From NCBI GenBank assembly GCA_024653905.1, contig JANLGZ010000070.1, positions 1-56,871 on the forward strand: 56,871 bases of DNA, in the 5' to 3' direction. The translations under genes were made by a program, and so were the position numbers. Below, one piece after another: positions 54,932 through 56,871 of this stretch. A model generated the notes under the pieces. That model was not told where the DNA came from and ran no database searches. It saw nothing but the letters and a program-made list of their open reading frames with translations. Every line of letters starts with the position of its first letter. Within the stretch, counting starts at the first letter, position 1. The stretch comes from an archaeon (lineage in GTDB: Archaea; Iainarchaeota; Iainarchaeia; Iainarchaeales; Iainarchaeaceae).

Positions 54932-55282
54932 TTGAAAAAAGGTCAGCTGAGCGTAGAATTGGTTATAATTATTGGAGTGGTAATAATTCTCTCGCTCATG
55001 ATACTTACAAAATTTATTAGTGAAGAAGGCACCATATTTAATGATGCTACTGCAAGACAGATAGCAATCAGTGAAATTGGAAAGTTTGACAAACAATATA
55101 CTTTGGATAGGATTCAGACCGCAATATGTGAAGAAAACCTCAAAATAGTTGTATCTATATACCCTTCATTGGAGCTTAGTCCAAACAACAAAACTGATTT
55201 TGAACAAGAACTAAACAATGCTTTCCCGTCTTATGACTCCGTGAATATAATTTACTCCGCAGAAACCATCACCTGCCCATAA
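54932..55282 (+). CDS. pilin-like protein, DUF361-type
   Basis: TTG start. (M)KKG/QLSVELVIIIGVVIILSLMIL. 116 aa. Confidence 0.55.
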   Translation: MKKGQLSVELVIIIGVVIILSLMILTKFISEEGTIFNDATARQIAISEIGKFDKQYTLDRIQTAICEENLKIVVSIYPSLELSPNNKTDFEQELNNAFPSYDSVNIIYSAETITCP

Positions 55283-55327
55283 TCGTCAATCAACGAATTT
55301 TTATTCTTTTTCTATTATTGTAATAGT

Positions 55328-55681
55328 ATGCTAATTGATCTCCAAAAAACCAAAATAATAGGGTTAGGACTGGCTTTAGTAGGGTTAATGGTTCTGGCAA
55401 TGGTTCTTCCGGAAGAAAGAAATCTGAGAATTTCTGAAATAAAACAGGAATATATCGGAGAAACTATCATAGTTGTTGGAATTATTAAAGAATTAGAAAT
55501 CAGGAACGGGAATGTGTTCTTTTTCTTGGAAAACGAATCCGGAATAAAGGCAGTTTATTTTAGCCCCAAAACTGAGCAGATGCTTATTCTGAAAGAAAAT
55601 GAAACAATAAAAGCAACCGCACAAATCAGCAGTTACAAAAATGAATTAGAATTAATAATTGAAAAAGTTGAGAGGACTTGA
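55328..55681 (+). CDS. membrane-anchored OB-fold (tRNA_anti-like) protein
   Basis: 117 aa. Transmembrane helix IIGLGLALVGLMVLAMVL, then ISEIKQEYIGETIIVVGIIKELEIRNGNVFFFLENESGIKAVYF...IKATAQISSYKNELELII, which fits the nucleic-acid-binding OB-fold pattern. Confidence 0.45.
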   Translation: MLIDLQKTKIIGLGLALVGLMVLAMVLPEERNLRISEIKQEYIGETIIVVGIIKELEIRNGNVFFFLENESGIKAVYFSPKTEQMLILKENETIKATAQISSYKNELELIIEKVERT

Positions 55682-56847
55682 TAGAAGAAATAAATTTTTT
55701 ATTAATAGGAATTATTGCAGGAACAATAACCGGATTAATTCCGGGTTTGCACGCAAACACAATTGCACTAATAACAATTTATTCCCCATTAGAAAAAAAT
55801 ATTGGATTTGCTTTGTTTGTAATTTCAATGAGCATTACTCATTCATTTGTTGATGCAATCCCAACAATCTTATTGGGCGCACCATCAGAAGAAAGTTTTC
55901 TCAGTGTTCTTCCCGGACACAGAATGCTTCTGCAGGGAAAAGGATTTGAAGCAATTCAATTAACAATTTTTGGAGGATTATTTGCTTCAATCACAGCACT
56001 ACTTTTAATGCCGTTCTTTTTTTCTTTCACAAACAATTACAGCGAAACTTTACCCATTATAATTCCTGCAATTTTATTCGGAACACTGGTTTTATTATTA
56101 TTTAGTGAAAAAAATAAGCTCAATGCAATTATTGTAATATTGTTTTCATCAATACTTGGAATTATTGTACTGAACTCAGGAATAAAAAATCCTGTACTGG
56201 CATTAGTAATAGGTTTTTTTGCAATCCCTAGTTTATTACAATCTATTTTTTCAGATACAAAAATACCAGAACAAAAAAAGAGTTTTGGGAACGGGAGTTC
56301 AAAAACAGCAATGCTTGCAGGTTTTGTTTCAGGGTTGATTTCAATTTTTCCAGGAATAGGACCAAGTCAGGCTGCTTTTGTTTCGAAAAAAATTTTTAGA
56401 AATATGGGGAAAAGAGGTTACCTAACAATAATCGGCGGAATAAACACTGCCAATTTATTGTTTAGTTTACTGATGCTTTTGGTTATTGGAAAAACAAGAA
56501 CAGGAATGACAGTGGCATTAAATAATATTATTTCTGTTGATATGAAAATATTTCCAATATTGCTTGCAGGAGCTGTTGTTAGTGTGGGTTTAGCAACAAT
56601 TGTAAGCGAATTTGTTGCAGGGGAAGCAATTAAAATCACAAAAATGAACTATCAAAACATAAGCAAAGCAATCTTAATTTTTCTTGTTTTTATAGTGATT
56701 TATTTATCAGGAATAATGGGTTTAATTGTTGCTTTAAGCGCAACAGGGATTTCTTTGTTTGGTTTAGCAGGAAAGGTAAAAAGAAGCTTAGCAATGAGTT
56801 TTCTCATGGTTCCTACAATGCTTTTTTATCTCGGAATCGTTTTTTAA
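55678..56847 (+). CDS. TctA-like/DUF112 family multi-pass membrane protein
   Basis: 389 aa. TTG start overlapping the upstream stop. LLIGIIAGTITGLIPGLHANT N-terminal signature. Confidence 0.5.
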   Translation: MIEEINFLLIGIIAGTITGLIPGLHANTIALITIYSPLEKNIGFALFVISMSITHSFVDAIPTILLGAPSEESFLSVLPGHRMLLQGKGFEAIQLTIFGGLFASITALLLMPFFFSFTNNYSETLPIIIPAILFGTLVLLLFSEKNKLNAIIVILFSSILGIIVLNSGIKNPVLALVIGFFAIPSLLQSIFSDTKIPEQKKSFGNGSSKTAMLAGFVSGLISIFPGIGPSQAAFVSKKIFRNMGKRGYLTIIGGINTANLLFSLLMLLVIGKTRTGMTVALNNIISVDMKIFPILLAGAVVSVGLATIVSEFVAGEAIKITKMNYQNISKAILIFLVFIVIYLSGIMGLIVALSATGISLFGLAGKVKRSLAMSFLMVPTMLFYLGIVF

Positions 56848-56871
56848 ACAAAAAGAACACAGTTTGTATAA

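Noticed and set aside
1-56871. Search for rRNA, tRNA, CRISPR arrays, transposases or integrases
   Set aside because: None was recognised on either strand. The only mobile-type elements seen are the CDC48 intein, the toxin-antitoxin islet and the pheS-pheT cassette.

Overview
AT-rich, tightly packed archaeal chromosome segment, mostly overlapping or coupled genes. All calls come from reading the sequence and recognising motifs; no searches were run. The small, streamlined proteins and the gene set suggest a DPANN-like or similarly reduced archaeon, but that is inference.

The window is dominated by information-processing genes:
- Translation and RNA: S27e/aIF2-alpha/PAC2 operon, Rpo11-Csl4, RNase Z, PheRS alpha and beta, ThrRS.
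- Replication: GINS-PriS, PriL, two PCNA paralogs, RFC large and small subunits, Orc1/Cdc6, an Nre-family protein with a canonical PIP box, type IA topoisomerase.
- Proteostasis: LonB and a CDC48 AAA+ ATPase.

Observations most worth follow-up:
1. A compositionally foreign two-gene coiled-coil cassette is wedged, translationally coupled, between pheS and pheT. It is bracketed by an imperfect duplication of the pheT start.
2. A 495-aa LAGLIDADG intein with a Ser1 nucleophile interrupts the D2 ATPase domain of CDC48.
3. An unannotated 59-aa Lys/Ala-rich, histone-H1-tail-like protein, built on a 60-bp tandem repeat, sits inside the primase cluster.
4. A GC-rich structured RNA of about 260 nt lies next to orc1/cdc6 and may be a reduced RNase P RNA.
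5. A MazF-like toxin-antitoxin islet carries an odd A+C-only tail.
6. There are two type IV (Epd/Tad-like) pilus regions. One has an ATPase, a split platform, a peptidase and five pilins, three of them missing from the ORF track. The other is a pilin-only cluster behind a membrane-tethered ArsR regulator.
7. An ATP-cone/NrdD-like protein lacks recognisable catalytic residues.

No rRNA, tRNA, CRISPR array or transposase was recognised.
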